Origin: Candidatus Poribacteria bacterium
Lineage (GTDB): Bacteria; Poribacteria; WGA-4E; PCPOR2b
Length of the DNA: 64,000 nt
Direction of reading: 5' to 3'
Assembly (NCBI GenBank): GCA_965218095.1
Contig: OZ244587.1
Span: 5,152,001 to 5,216,000 of the forward strand
Under the pieces are notes generated by a model. It was not told the origin of the DNA and made no database searches. It saw only the letters and a program-made list of their open reading frames with translations. This document shows, in pieces, positions 29,688 to 39,902 of the stretch. A program made the translations under genes and the position numbers. Numbering within the stretch: the first letter of the stretch is position 1; every line of letters begins with the position of its first letter.

Positions 29688-31241
29688 TTATGACGAAAGA
29701 CGGGCTTCAATCACAGTCGGCTGATTTTTGGTTTGCGCATCTCTCACTGCTGTTTCCAACTGATCGATTTTGTCTACACGAAATCCACGGACACCCAGCG
29801 ATTCGGCAAATTTCACGAAATCCGGCTTTTCGTTTAAACCCTGATTATTGATGATTGTTAGAACATTCAGTCCATATTTCACCGCTGTCGTTAGTTCCAC
29901 TCCAGAGGTTAAAAATCCCGCTGTATCCGTGATGGCGACAGCCGGCTGGTCCGGATACGCAAACTTTGCACCGAGTGCCGCGGGCAAGGCATACCCCACT
30001 GTCGGCAGATCACAGGCATGTAAAAAAGATCGTGGGAGCGCCACATCGAGATCGGATAGCAGCAGGTCAACCAGGTATGGCCCCTCGGCCGCTAGAATCG
30101 TCTGCTTTTCCAGCACGTCTTGCAAAATCTGCACAATCTTCAGATCCCCTTCCCGTATATATTGAGGAAGATACAGTTGACGCTCAAAGTTTCCCCATTG
30201 ACTTCTCCCATTCTCTTCTTGTGCGCTGATAGTTCGGACAAGCTGCTCAAGCGCAATTTTAGCATCGGCAACAATGCCGACCTGCACAGGATAGTTCTTT
30301 CCAATCTCTTTTTCATCTATGTCGATTTGTATAAGATGTTTCGGCAGGGACAGCTTCCAATCCCCCGTTGTTCGTTGGGACAAACTACATCCCACCGATA
30401 AAACGGCGTCCGCTTTGTCCACGCCGGCTGAAATTGAATGCTCCGGATCGGCGACGAATGGCTGCCAGGTCAGCCCGGCGTAAAGCGGATGGTCTGATGG
30501 AAACACTCCCTTACTCATTGGGGTAATCAGAATTGGAGCGTTTAGGATTTCAGCGATCTGCATCAACTCCGGACCTGCCCGTGCTGACACGACCCCGCCC
30601 CCTGCGATAATGAGCGGGTATTTTGCCTTGCCTAAGATCTCGGCAGCGAGTACGTTGAGGCGCTGTGCGCCGGGGATGTGTCGCATCGGAGGCGCCTTGA
30701 ATAACGAAGGTGCCCCCAACTCTGCTTCTACGATATCAATAGGAATTTCAAGATGGATGGGGCTTGGTCTGCCGGTTGCCATAACTCTAAATGCACGAAC
30801 AATCATCTTCGAGATTTCGTCTGGATTTTTGATACAGATGTTCCACTTCGTAATCGGTTTGAACAGCTTCAGCACATCCACATAATCAGAATACTCCTTC
30901 GGTTTGCCATTATTTGCGTTGGCGGAAAGCCCTGCTGAAGGCACCTGAACGGTGATCAGCAGTAATGGTATGCCATCGGTATACGCGGTTGCGATGCCGG
31001 CAACTGTGCTGATCGGTGTTTGTCCTCTTGGAGTGATGCAGACACCGACTTTGCCCGTTGCACGTGCATAGCCATCTGCTATCAGCCCAGCCCCCTGGCT
31101 TGTTTGCGCCGCGCGGTAACGTATCTTGGGCGACCGGCTGAGTGCATTAAAAATGCTGGTATCCTGATCGGCCAGCACACCAAAGACGAAATCTATATCA
31201 TGTTGTTCGAGTAACTTTACAATGAGTTCGCCACCCGTCAT
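29688..31241 (-). CDS. ThDP-enzyme (acetolactate synthase-like) homolog with degenerate catalytic motifs
   Basis: ADGYARATGK, GRPSPIHLEIP, IQIDID, GYALPAALGAK present; HEQ and GDG motifs altered. Confidence 0.8.
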   Translation of the reverse strand: MTGGELIVKLLEQHDIDFVFGVLADQDTSIFNALSRSPKIRYRAAQTSQGAGLIADGYARATGKVGVCITPRGQTPISTVAGIATAYTDGIPLLLITVQVPSAGLSANANNGKPKEYSDYVDVLKLFKPITKWNICIKNPDEISKMIVRAFRVMATGRPSPIHLEIPIDIVEAELGAPSLFKAPPMRHIPGAQRLNVLAAEILGKAKYPLIIAGGGVVSARAGPELMQIAEILNAPILITPMSKGVFPSDHPLYAGLTWQPFVADPEHSISAGVDKADAVLSVGCSLSQRTTGDWKLSLPKHLIQIDIDEKEIGKNYPVQVGIVADAKIALEQLVRTISAQEENGRSQWGNFERQLYLPQYIREGDLKIVQILQDVLEKQTILAAEGPYLVDLLLSDLDVALPRSFLHACDLPTVGYALPAALGAKFAYPDQPAVAITDTAGFLTSGVELTTAVKYGLNVLTIINNQGLNEKPDFVKFAESLGVRGFRVDKIDQLETAVRDAQTKNQPTVIEARLSS

Positions 31242-31261
31242 TGATGTTTTCGACCTCCTGA

Positions 31262-31306
31262 TACGTGGTGCGTGAAACGTAATGTGGAAGATGTAATGCG
31301 TGGTGG
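31262..31306 (-). repeat. Heptamer repeat immediately before RBS
   Basis: Sense strand: CCACGCA TTACATC TTCCACA TTACGTT TCACGCA CCACGTA, then AGGAGG. Confidence 0.7.
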
Positions 31307-31809
31307 AGTTTTTTCGTTTCGATCCCGTCTACGATTATGCGCCTGCACTCGGGCAAATAGGATTACGCTAGAGATGGAACGACAAATTGAATGTCCAAAC
31401 CCCACCTTAAAGGGCAAGGGATTCAGTCTACCCACTGTTACGTGCGGAATAGCGCAGGGTTTCAGTTTAATTGTGGATCTCTTGGCACACTGACTCTGCC
31501 TGACAAAATTTGAGGCAATTACCGGATCAACTTTCAGACAAAAGGTGGGGCATTGATACCTATCCACTCTACAGTGTGGATGAATGGCTACCCAACGAAC
31601 ATGGGTTCAGCGTGATTGCGATCAGAGAAGGGGATCTTCGGATTGCGTTTTTCTGCATCAAGGAGTCGGCATCAAGGTGGTGTTCCACATAATTGCTCAG
31701 GTAATCATCGGCATGAAGCACAGGTAGAAAGCATACTTCGAAGTGAGTTGCTAACGATAGAAATTCCCTGCGTTTTAGAAAGTTGTTGAATTTTGATCCA
31801 AGACAGTCG

Positions 31810-31838
31810 TTGACATAAAAAACAAACCGTGCTATAAT
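31810..31838 (+). promoter_or_regulatory. Consensus sigma70 promoter
   Basis: TTGACA-17 bp-(TGc)TATAAT. Confidence 0.75.
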
Positions 31839-31995
31839 CTCTGCATTCTAAACTGAAAGTTGTGTGTGTTGCGGAATACTGCTGAAGAACTGGGAGTCCC
31901 ATTTTGATGTGGTTTCCGGAGGGATTTAGCAGTCCAACCATATAAATCAGGTTACATGGACATTCTATTTATTAAGGAAGGAGTGTTGATACAAA

Positions 31996-32763
31996 ATGAA
32001 AGGATGGAAGATACTGGCCGTTTCTGCGGCTATGCTAGTTTCTGTTGCGTTTATAAGCGGTTGTTCTAAACAAGTTGAACCGCTAAACCTTGATGATTCA
32101 CAAAAACGGATCGCCATCGCCCCGTTTTGGACAGAAGAAGAATCTGCTGACATGGAGCGCCGGTTTCCCCAAGACTTATCAACTCAGCTTAGCCTTGTAA
32201 AAAAGGACAAGGAGTGGATCTATGATCAATCGGATGCACTCAATCCAATTCGGAGTCAGTTGGACGCTCAGAGCTTGGCTCCCGAGAATATCTTTCTCGA
32301 TCCTGCCCTTGCTGCGAAAGTGGGACGTGGGGTTAATGCCGATGTGATTATCGTTGGCCATATCGAGAATCCGAAGATTGAAGAATGGATGGATAACCGA
32401 CCGATCTTCGATATGACTAATCAAGCAGGCATCTCCGGAACCACGCGATTTATATTGGTCTATCAACAGTCTATACTCAAGATGCATGTGAAAGCCATTG
32501 ATACGAAATCCGGTAACGTCATCTGGGATAATCTGGGATTCACAGGTTACACGAAGTATATCCGGGAGTTCCAGACGCAGGATCCGGCGAAAGAGTACAG
32601 CCGTATTCCAGAGAATCAGATGCGAGCGGATATCCGAAGTCACATGCTTAAGCAAATTGGTCATCAGCTCGCACCTGATAAGATTGCTGAACTTCCAGTT
32701 CCAGAGATTAAGATAAAACCTAGTCGTCCTCTGATTCGATCCGGAGGCAAACCAATCCTGTAG
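31996..32763 (+). CDS. Lipoprotein, CsgG/TolB-N-like fold
   Basis: Lipobox ISG-C, IAIAPF, AAKVGRGVNADVIIVG, IDTKSGNVIW. Confidence 0.7.
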   Translation: MKGWKILAVSAAMLVSVAFISGCSKQVEPLNLDDSQKRIAIAPFWTEEESADMERRFPQDLSTQLSLVKKDKEWIYDQSDALNPIRSQLDAQSLAPENIFLDPALAAKVGRGVNADVIIVGHIENPKIEEWMDNRPIFDMTNQAGISGTTRFILVYQQSILKMHVKAIDTKSGNVIWDNLGFTGYTKYIREFQTQDPAKEYSRIPENQMRADIRSHMLKQIGHQLAPDKIAELPVPEIKIKPSRPLIRSGGKPIL

Positions 32764-32844
32764 TAACCCGTGGCACTCGTTTTTTCCGGAGTGCAAAATT
32801 TATCCTGCCTGTTGCACAATAAATCTTGCCTCCCAATGCTTAAA

Positions 32845-32877
32845 GAGTAAGGGCAGGTTTAAAACCGGCCCTTACTC
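32845..32877. repeat. REP-like palindrome between convergent genes
   Basis: GAGTAAGGGCAGGTTTAAAACCGGCCCTTACTC. Confidence 0.7.
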
Positions 32878-34861
32878 AAAACGATGTCCCCAGATTGACA
32901 TGAATTTTCCCTTGCAAAGCGGAGCGCCCTTCGGCAAGTCCATAATCCATGCGCAGGATGCCCCTCTTTGATTCAAGCCGCATGCCAAATCCGTAACCCA
33001 CACGAAGCGGGTCGAAGACTGTCGGTCGATCCACTTGAGTTACCGCGCCCAGATCGACAAACGCGAAGAACTGCGATGTGCGTCCGACCAGCAGTCGGTA
33101 TTCAATATTCGCATATAGATGGCGAGGGCCAAAAAACCAATCCTCATCATAGCCTCGTAGCGTGTTTGCCCCACCCAGATAAAAAAACTCCGTCGGCGGA
33201 ATCTTATTCCCCCATGCTACCGCACCGTGTAAATCGATGGCGATCACCTGCTTCCGCCATGTTGGGAAGTATTGCTGGAGATCGACCCACAGTTTGCGCA
33301 GCTTGAAATCCCCACGCGAGAATTCAAAAGCAACATGATCGCGGCGTCCACGTGTCGGGTTCAGAAAGTAATCTCTGCTATCGCGGGTCAAACTAAAGGT
33401 GACGCCGTACTTCACGCCGTTTTGTGCTTCCCCGTCAGTTAAAACTGGGATTTGTGAGCGCTCAGACGGAAGGTCCGGAGGAAAGGAGGGAGTGGTTAGC
33501 GGCATAGCAGGGCGCAAGATATTGATTGCGGGGAGATTAATCTGCTTGTAGGAGAACCCCAGCGAGCCCTCAAGCAACCTTCGGAAACGTGTGCTGATGC
33601 TCAAATGTCCGGCCTGCTCCGTCGATTCGACATCAGTAAACTGATTTCTCTGCTTTACCTGCGAATATTCAACGCCGATTTTGATCGGTTTTCCGAAAGC
33701 CCATGGTTCAGCATAACCGATCTTTAGCGTGTTGAGCAAGCCAGACTTCCAAAGAAAATTTGCCTGACGCCCCGTGCCGAAAAGGTTGGCCTCCATTGCT
33801 TCGATAACTCCCGTGAGTCGTGGGGCTTCATCAAATTCCGAAGTCGGCGGAGCATAACCGATTACACCACTGAACCTGCCCGTTCGTGCTTCTGTCACCT
33901 TCGCGTTAAAAATAATCTCGTCCGGTGTATTTCCTTCCTCCAGCAGGGCGGGACTCACTTCGTAGAAATAGCCGAGGTTCACCAGGCGGTGGAAACTCTG
34001 ATCGATTTTGCGCTGATCAAACACTTCACCGGCTTGAATCGGCAGCTCGCGGAGGACGACCTCAGTCTTTGTTTTCTGCAAGCCGCTCAGTTTCACCGCT
34101 CCTAGCCGCGTCTGATTCCCTTCACGAATTTGCAGGCGAAAATCGACCGTGCCACCTTCTTCTGATAGATGAAAGTCAGTGGGCTGAATTTCAAGCTTGG
34201 GGTAGCCATGCTCGCTGTACAGGATTAAAATCTTCTCGACCCCCTGTTCAAAGGCAATTCGGCTGAAAGCCATGCCCTCGCGCAAGCCAAGCTCACGCCG
34301 GAGGTCGTGCGTCGAAAATAGCTGATTCCCTTCAATCACGATCTGACCGGTGCAAATCGCTGCCCCTTCGTGAATGTGAACGCGGATATGGACCTGATCG
34401 GCGGAGATGATTGCAATTTCAGGCTCGATTGAAGCGAATACAAGTCCGCTTTCATGGTACTTTGCCAGAATCTGATTAAGCCCGGCGATCATTTCTGGTT
34501 CGCGGTAGGGTTGGCCCGCTTGAACACCAATGAGTTGAGATAACTGCTTCCGATCAAAGTGTTCATTCCCCTCAAAAGTGATCTGGCGAATCAGATAGCT
34601 GGTTTGCGCTTCATCGGGAGAGGGCGGGTTTATATCCACCGGGTCGCCGATGGCGAGAGGGATGGAGACCAATAACGCGAAGGAAAAAAGTAAAGCGTGA
34701 AATCCCGATAGATCGGTGCAGAGCCTGGTCTCACGTAGCGGACTCCACTCTGTAGACTCTCGGAACGGAGCTGTGAAACGTGACAAAACGAACCAACGAA
34801 CCAATGCCCTGATGAACTCCTGAACTGATGAACTCCTTGTCCTCTTGTTTCCCCGTTTCAT
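32876..34861 (-). CDS. Omp85 (BamA/TamA) family outer-membrane protein with three POTRA domains
   Basis: FEGN/IEGN/LSGL POTRA repeats, LGGANTLRGY, GYGFGMR...RMDYG, terminal F. Confidence 0.9.
   Translation of the reverse strand: MKRGNKRTRSSSVQEFIRALVRWFVLSRFTAPFRESTEWSPLRETRLCTDLSGFHALLFSFALLVSIPLAIGDPVDINPPSPDEAQTSYLIRQITFEGNEHFDRKQLSQLIGVQAGQPYREPEMIAGLNQILAKYHESGLVFASIEPEIAIISADQVHIRVHIHEGAAICTGQIVIEGNQLFSTHDLRRELGLREGMAFSRIAFEQGVEKILILYSEHGYPKLEIQPTDFHLSEEGGTVDFRLQIREGNQTRLGAVKLSGLQKTKTEVVLRELPIQAGEVFDQRKIDQSFHRLVNLGYFYEVSPALLEEGNTPDEIIFNAKVTEARTGRFSGVIGYAPPTSEFDEAPRLTGVIEAMEANLFGTGRQANFLWKSGLLNTLKIGYAEPWAFGKPIKIGVEYSQVKQRNQFTDVESTEQAGHLSISTRFRRLLEGSLGFSYKQINLPAINILRPAMPLTTPSFPPDLPSERSQIPVLTDGEAQNGVKYGVTFSLTRDSRDYFLNPTRGRRDHVAFEFSRGDFKLRKLWVDLQQYFPTWRKQVIAIDLHGAVAWGNKIPPTEFFYLGGANTLRGYDEDWFFGPRHLYANIEYRLLVGRTSQFFAFVDLGAVTQVDRPTVFDPLRVGYGFGMRLESKRGILRMDYGLAEGRSALQGKIHVNLGTSF
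34695..34860 (-). repeat. Composite repeat encoding the Omp85 N-terminus, with nested mini-palindromes
   Basis: Sense strand: GTTCATCA GTTCAGGA GTTCATCA ... GTTCGTTG GTTCGTTT TGTCACG TTTCACA [insert containing CCGATCTATCGGGAT] TTCACGC. Confidence 0.75.
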
Positions 34862-35091
34862 TTTCTCTCCCCGCTGTGTGGGACTAAGAAGCCTGTTCAC
34901 CTGCCCAATTCCTTAGACCTGCCCGCTCTTTTATCCCTGACTCAGCAAACCCACTTTTTCAGCCAGTGTATTACGCACTTCTGTTTTCGGGAGGCTTGCC
35001 ACAACCTGTTCATAATTATCCAGCACATGCGCGATTTTATTTGCCAGACCCTCTTACAGTCGAACTCACGTTATATTAACTAATGGTGCTA

Positions 35092-35927
35092 GGTTCTGTT
35101 GACATTTCAACGGAGTCATATAAGAGTGGCGACAAAGCTGAGAAATCCAAAATAACGGACAGCTAGCTTCTCAAACCGAGAGAAGATACGACGATACCAT
35201 TTTATCTTGTTGATGAAACATTCAACCCGATGTCTCTCTTTGTATAAGTGTTTGTCATACGTTCTTTGGTCAACACGATGACTTTTGGGCGGTATCACCA
35301 CAATCGCTCCATTCGCCTCAATAACCGCGATAAAAGCGTCCGAATCGTACCCCTTGTCTCCAATCACATATTCACTATTATATCCGATTATCAACCCTTC
35401 CGCCTCAGTTATGTCATGTCTCTGACCGGGGGTCAGATGAATTCTTAGGGGATTGCCTAGTCCGTCAACTGTGATGTGATTTTTTGTACTGAAACCGCCC
35501 CGAGACCGACCTAATGCTTGGTTTTCAGTGCCACCCTTTTTTTTAAGGCGCCAGCTTTTTAAGGCGCCCGCCGCAGACGGGTGAGCGCGGCAGATGGTAC
35601 TGTCCACAATAAGCGACTCGATATCGGGGTCAGAGGCGAAGTGGGGGTGCATCTGTGTGAAGAAACCTTTGTCGCACCATCGAGCAAACCGCTTGTAGCG
35701 GGTGTTCCATTTGCTATAGGTGTCTGGTAGAAGTCTCCATTGAGCCCCGCTACGAGTCACCCACAGGACGGCTTCGACGAAGCGGCGTGGAGCAGCTTCG
35801 TCGCCAACATAGATGGTGGGACAGCTTAGAAGAAACCGGTATATCTTATTCCATTGGTCATCAGGTAAGGTTATTGGCGTCATTCTTCTATTATGCCACA
35901 ACCTTATACTCAAATGTCAACAGAACC
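35092..35927 (-). mobile_element. IS5-family (IS427-group-like) insertion sequence
   Basis: 16-bp perfect TIR GGTTCTGTTGACATTT, TA duplication in a CTAG context. Confidence 0.92.
35116..35883 (-). CDS. IS5 family transposase
   Basis: QWRLLP, VDST, LGRSRGGFSTK, GDKGYDSD, YKERHRVECF. Confidence 0.93.
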   Translation of the reverse strand: MTPITLPDDQWNKIYRFLLSCPTIYVGDEAAPRRFVEAVLWVTRSGAQWRLLPDTYSKWNTRYKRFARWCDKGFFTQMHPHFASDPDIESLIVDSTICRAHPSAAGALKSWRLKKKGGTENQALGRSRGGFSTKNHITVDGLGNPLRIHLTPGQRHDITEAEGLIIGYNSEYVIGDKGYDSDAFIAVIEANGAIVVIPPKSHRVDQRTYDKHLYKERHRVECFINKIKWYRRIFSRFEKLAVRYFGFLSFVATLI

Positions 35928-36158
35928 TAGCACCAAAGGTTATTATACCACATTAGAAGGCAACGACTATGATAAATTTCACAACAACGAAGTATGATAT
36001 TTTTCAAGGTTCTGCTTTCCAGCATAAAAAGATTGTCAGCCTGTACAGGGGCATGTTAAAATGTAGGCGCATTTCTAACAGGATGTATCCGTCACATTGC
36101 CTTTCATGCACAGCGGATCATCGCATTGCAGCTTAACCACATTTTCTGGAGGAATTCG

Positions 36159-37217
36159 ATGTATAAAATTGCCCTGATCCCCGGCGACGGGATTGGCCCC
36201 GAAGTGACGAATGAAGCGATGAAGGCCTTCGGGGCTGCAGCGGAGAAAACAGGTTTCAAATACGAAACTGTTGAATACGACTTTGGCGGCGAGCGCTACC
36301 TCAAAACCGGTGAAATTTTGCCTGACTCTGCGCTCAATGAATTCCGGCAGATGGATGCGATCTTTTTGGGAGCCATTGGCCACCCCGATGTCACACCGGG
36401 CCTCCTGGAAAAAGGGATCCTATTGAGAACTCGCTTTGAATTAGATCTTTATATTAACCTTCGACCCGTAAAGCTCTATCCCGGGGTCTGGACGCCAATT
36501 AAAGACAAGGGACCTGAAGAGATTGATTTTGTCATTGTTCGTGAAAACACGGAAGGACTGTACGCCGGCATTGGTGGCTTCTTGAAGCATGGAACGCCTG
36601 ATGAAGTCGCGATTCAGGAGATGATTAACACCCGCAAAGGGGTAGAACGGTGCGTCCGCTACGCTTTTGAGTTGACCCAGAAGCGGAACAAAGAGAAGAA
36701 GCTGACGTTGTGCGACAAGGCGAATGTGTTGACTTACGCCCATGATCTCTGGCGGCGAGTCTTTGAAGAAGTGGGCGCAGAATATCCCGACATCAAGAGA
36801 GACTACGCTTTTGTGGATGCAACCACAATGTGGATGGTGAAGAACCCAGAATGGTTTGATGTCATTGTGACCTCCAACATGTTCGGCGACATTATCACGG
36901 ATCTCGGCGCGATGATCCAAGGCGGGATGGGGGTTGCTGCATCGGGTAATCTCAATCCTAAGAGCGTTGCTATGTTTGAACCAATTCACGGCTCTGCCCC
37001 TCGATACACAGGGAAAAACCAGATCAATCCCATCGCAGCAATCAGCGCCGCCGGCATGATGTTTGACCATCTCGGTGAAACAGAAGGCGCAGCTTTGGTC
37101 GATCAAGCTGTCAGTGACCTGCTCGCCAGTGGAAAGATTAAAGATCTCGCGGCTGGACGGATGGGATACACCACAACAGAAATCGGGGACATGATTGCGG
37201 CGGCAGTCGCCGAGTGA
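36159..37217 (+). CDS. leuB: 3-isopropylmalate dehydrogenase
   Basis: [38 protein letters not shown]. Confidence 0.9.
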   Translation: MYKIALIPGDGIGPEVTNEAMKAFGAAAEKTGFKYETVEYDFGGERYLKTGEILPDSALNEFRQMDAIFLGAIGHPDVTPGLLEKGILLRTRFELDLYINLRPVKLYPGVWTPIKDKGPEEIDFVIVRENTEGLYAGIGGFLKHGTPDEVAIQEMINTRKGVERCVRYAFELTQKRNKEKKLTLCDKANVLTYAHDLWRRVFEEVGAEYPDIKRDYAFVDATTMWMVKNPEWFDVIVTSNMFGDIITDLGAMIQGGMGVAASGNLNPKSVAMFEPIHGSAPRYTGKNQINPIAAISAAGMMFDHLGETEGAALVDQAVSDLLASGKIKDLAAGRMGYTTTEIGDMIAAAVAE

Positions 37218-37223
37218 ATTCAT

Positions 37224-37293
37224 AAGTTCAGGGACTTATGAGAAAATGGGTTCATGAGTTCATTTTTTACATTTCACGCATCACGTTTCACGC
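37224..37293 (+). repeat. Composite octamer+heptamer repeat at the leuB/proS junction
   Basis: GTTCAGGG ... GTTCATGA GTTCATTT TTTACAT TTCACGC ATCACGT TTCACGC. Confidence 0.85.
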
Positions 37294-37347
37294 CTTATAT
37301 TCTGAAGCACAGTCACCCAATAACTGAAGAATACATGGAGATTATTG

Positions 37348-39069
37348 ATGCGATTATCTCAACTATTTGGTCGGACACTTAGGGAAATTCCCGCAGAAGC
37401 CGAAATCCCCAGCCATCAACTGCTTTTGCAGGCTGGAATGATTCGGCGGCTCGTGGTGGGGATGTATAGCTACCTGTCCCTTGCTCAACGTGCCTTACGC
37501 AAGATTGAAAACATTATCCGTGAGGAGATGGACGCTATTGGTGGACAAGAGGTGGACATGCCGCTCGTCCAGCCTACGGAGTTGTGGCAGGAAACCGGGC
37601 GCTGGGAGATGCTTGTTGGGAAGGAGTTGGCTGGATTTGAAGATCGATTTGGGCGAAAACTTGTACTTGCAATGACGCATGAGGAAGCGGTCACAGATCT
37701 CGTCCGAAACCAGATCAACTCTTACCGACAACTGCCGCTGATGCTCTATCAAATCAAGCTCAAGTTTCGCGATGAACCGCGTCCCTGTGCCGGTTTGATT
37801 CGTGTCCGCGAATTCGTCATGAAGGACGCTTACAGTTTCCACGTCGATGAAGCAGATCTAGACCGGTATTATGATCAGGTTTATTGAGCGTACCTCAACA
37901 TTTTTCATCGTTCAGGGATTGACGTCATTGTGGTGGAGTCAGACACAGGGATGATTGGGGGTTCCGCCGCGCACGAGTTTATGCTTATCTCCGATTCGGG
38001 TGAGGATAAACTCATCTGTTGCAACGGCTGTGATTATAAGGCAAACGCGGAAGTCGCTGCGATGCAGAAGCTAGCGGTCGATAACGGCGCACCTCAAGAA
38101 ATCGAAGAAGTTGCAACGCCGGGCCAAACAACAATCGAAGGCGTTGCGAACTATCTTGGCGTTGAGAAGACGCAAACACTCAAAGCGGTCTTCTATTCAA
38201 CAGACGAAGAGTTGATTTTTGCCGCTATCCGCGGCGAGTTCGAGGTGAACGAAACGAAACTCAGAAATGCTGTGGGCGCTACAGATCTCTGGATTGCGAC
38301 TGATGCAGAACTTGAAAGATATGGTTTAGTGGCTAGCTATGCCTCTCCAATTGACGTTAAAGGGGTCAAAGTGGTCGTTGATGATTCAGTTGCCGCTGCC
38401 ACGAATCTAGTCGCTGGCGCTAATAAACCGGGATACCATCTGAAAAACATGAATTTCCCTCGTGATTTTCAGGCGGACATCGTGACCGATATTGCGCTGG
38501 CCCAAGGAGAGATGGCTTGTGTTCACTGTGGCGGGAAGTTAGAGGCGAAACGGGGGATTGAAGTCGGAAACATCTTCAAACTCGGCACGAAGTACAGTGA
38601 AGCGATGGGCGCAACCTACCTGAACCAGAAAGGTAGAGCACAGCCGATTTTCATGGGCTGCTATGGCATCGGACTTGGGCGCTTGCTTGCCAGTATTGTG
38701 GAGACAAACCACGATACCGATGGCATTATCTGGCCCCTCTCCGTCGCGCCGTATCAGATTCACTTGATGCACATTGGCAAAGGGGAGGAAGTTGTCCAAC
38801 GGACTGAGGCGCTCTATCAGCAACTTCAAGAGCAGGGGTATGAAGTCCTCTACGACGACCGCCAAGAAAGTCCAGGCGTCAAATTCAAGGAAGCGGATCT
38901 GTTGGGCATGCCCCTGCGCCTGACTATCAGCCAACGCACCCTGAAAACCGATGCTGTGGAGGTCAAACTCCGCACCGAGCGAGAAAGAGATCTGATGAAA
39001 TTAGATGCGTTAAATCTCCAGTCATACCTGACGCGGTCAGACAGTTCAAGGCGTAAACATAAAATGTGA
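37348..39069 (+). pseudogene. proS: Proline--tRNA ligase (bacterial type with editing domain) with in-frame TGA at 37885
   Basis: THEE, FRDE..P..GL.R.REF, GIEVGNIFKLGTKYS, MGCYGIG; both ORF-track pieces lie in the same frame. Confidence 0.85.
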
Positions 39070-39131
39070 AATGAATGACTCCCCTTCCTCCAACATATTT
39101 GTTCGTTTGTTTCGTCTATTGTCCTGCACCA

Positions 39132-39899
39132 TTATTCTATCTCTTCTTCCTTACGTGCTGTAAAATTGATCCGATCCGAGTGTCGGTTCCACCGGTTAAA
39201 AGTGTACATATCATAGGCATTGAGCATTTTGTATCCTGTCTTTTGCAGCAGTTTCTTAACGGTGTTGACGTCAAACATCTTCTGGATGTGAACCTCCTCA
39301 GAACGGCGGAAGAGCTCCCCTTCACGAATAAAAAAAGTCAGTAATGTACGGCAAATCTTATCGTGATGCGAGTAGATGTTTTTCCAGATATAGGAGTAGT
39401 CATCGTGGTTTTCAGCAAACGTCTGACCATGGAAATGCTGAACGATGTTTGGCTCGGTGGTCACATCAAAAATGAACAGCCCGGACGGATGCAAATGCTT
39501 TGAAACAGATCGGAAGACACTTTCAAGCTCGGTTTCATCAACAACATAGTTAATGCTATCGTAAACGCAAAGCACCGCATCAAACCGCTGCTGGAGATCA
39601 AAATTCCGCATGTCCGCTTGAATCAACGGGATATCCAAGCGACGCGCCTCCGCTTTTTGACGCGCAACCGCCAGCATCCCCTCGGCGCGATCCGTCCCCC
39701 ACATTTGATAGCTCCGCTCCGCGAGGAGCACCGTCAAAGCCGCTGTACCGCAGGCAACCTCCAAAATCTTACGCGGTCGGTATTTATAGTGCGTGAATAA
39801 CTCCTCTATATAGTTTGCCCAACGGACATAATCGACGTTGGACATCATGCGATCATAGGGATACGCAAATTTCTCATACGGTTCTGTCAACTCTGACAT
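39132..39899 (-). CDS. Class I SAM-dependent methyltransferase
   Basis: LEVACGT, DMRNF, DSINY, GLFIFD. Confidence 0.9.
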   Translation of the reverse strand: MSELTEPYEKFAYPYDRMMSNVDYVRWANYIEELFTHYKYRPRKILEVACGTAALTVLLAERSYQMWGTDRAEGMLAVARQKAEARRLDIPLIQADMRNFDLQQRFDAVLCVYDSINYVVDETELESVFRSVSKHLHPSGLFIFDVTTEPNIVQHFHGQTFAENHDDYSYIWKNIYSHHDKICRTLLTFFIREGELFRRSEEVHIQKMFDVNTVKKLLQKTGYKMLNAYDMYTFNRWNRHSDRINFTARKEEEIE

Positions 39900-39902
39900 C
39901 TG

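Noticed and set aside
31392-31425. IS200/IS605 or IscB omegaRNA-like end (CCCCACCTTAAAGGGCAAGGG)
   Set aside because: The hairpin is poor and there is no TnpA/TnpB/IscB remnant nearby.
35055-35073. CGAACTCACGTTA, reminiscent of another IS982-type end abutting the chimeric IS
   Set aside because: No partner end or transposase remnant was found; too short to call.
37885-37887. Selenocysteine or alternative genetic code reading of the proS TGA
   Set aside because: TGA ends many intact genes here (pyrG, leuB, SSS), no SECIS-like hairpin follows, and the position is not a Cys or Trp site.
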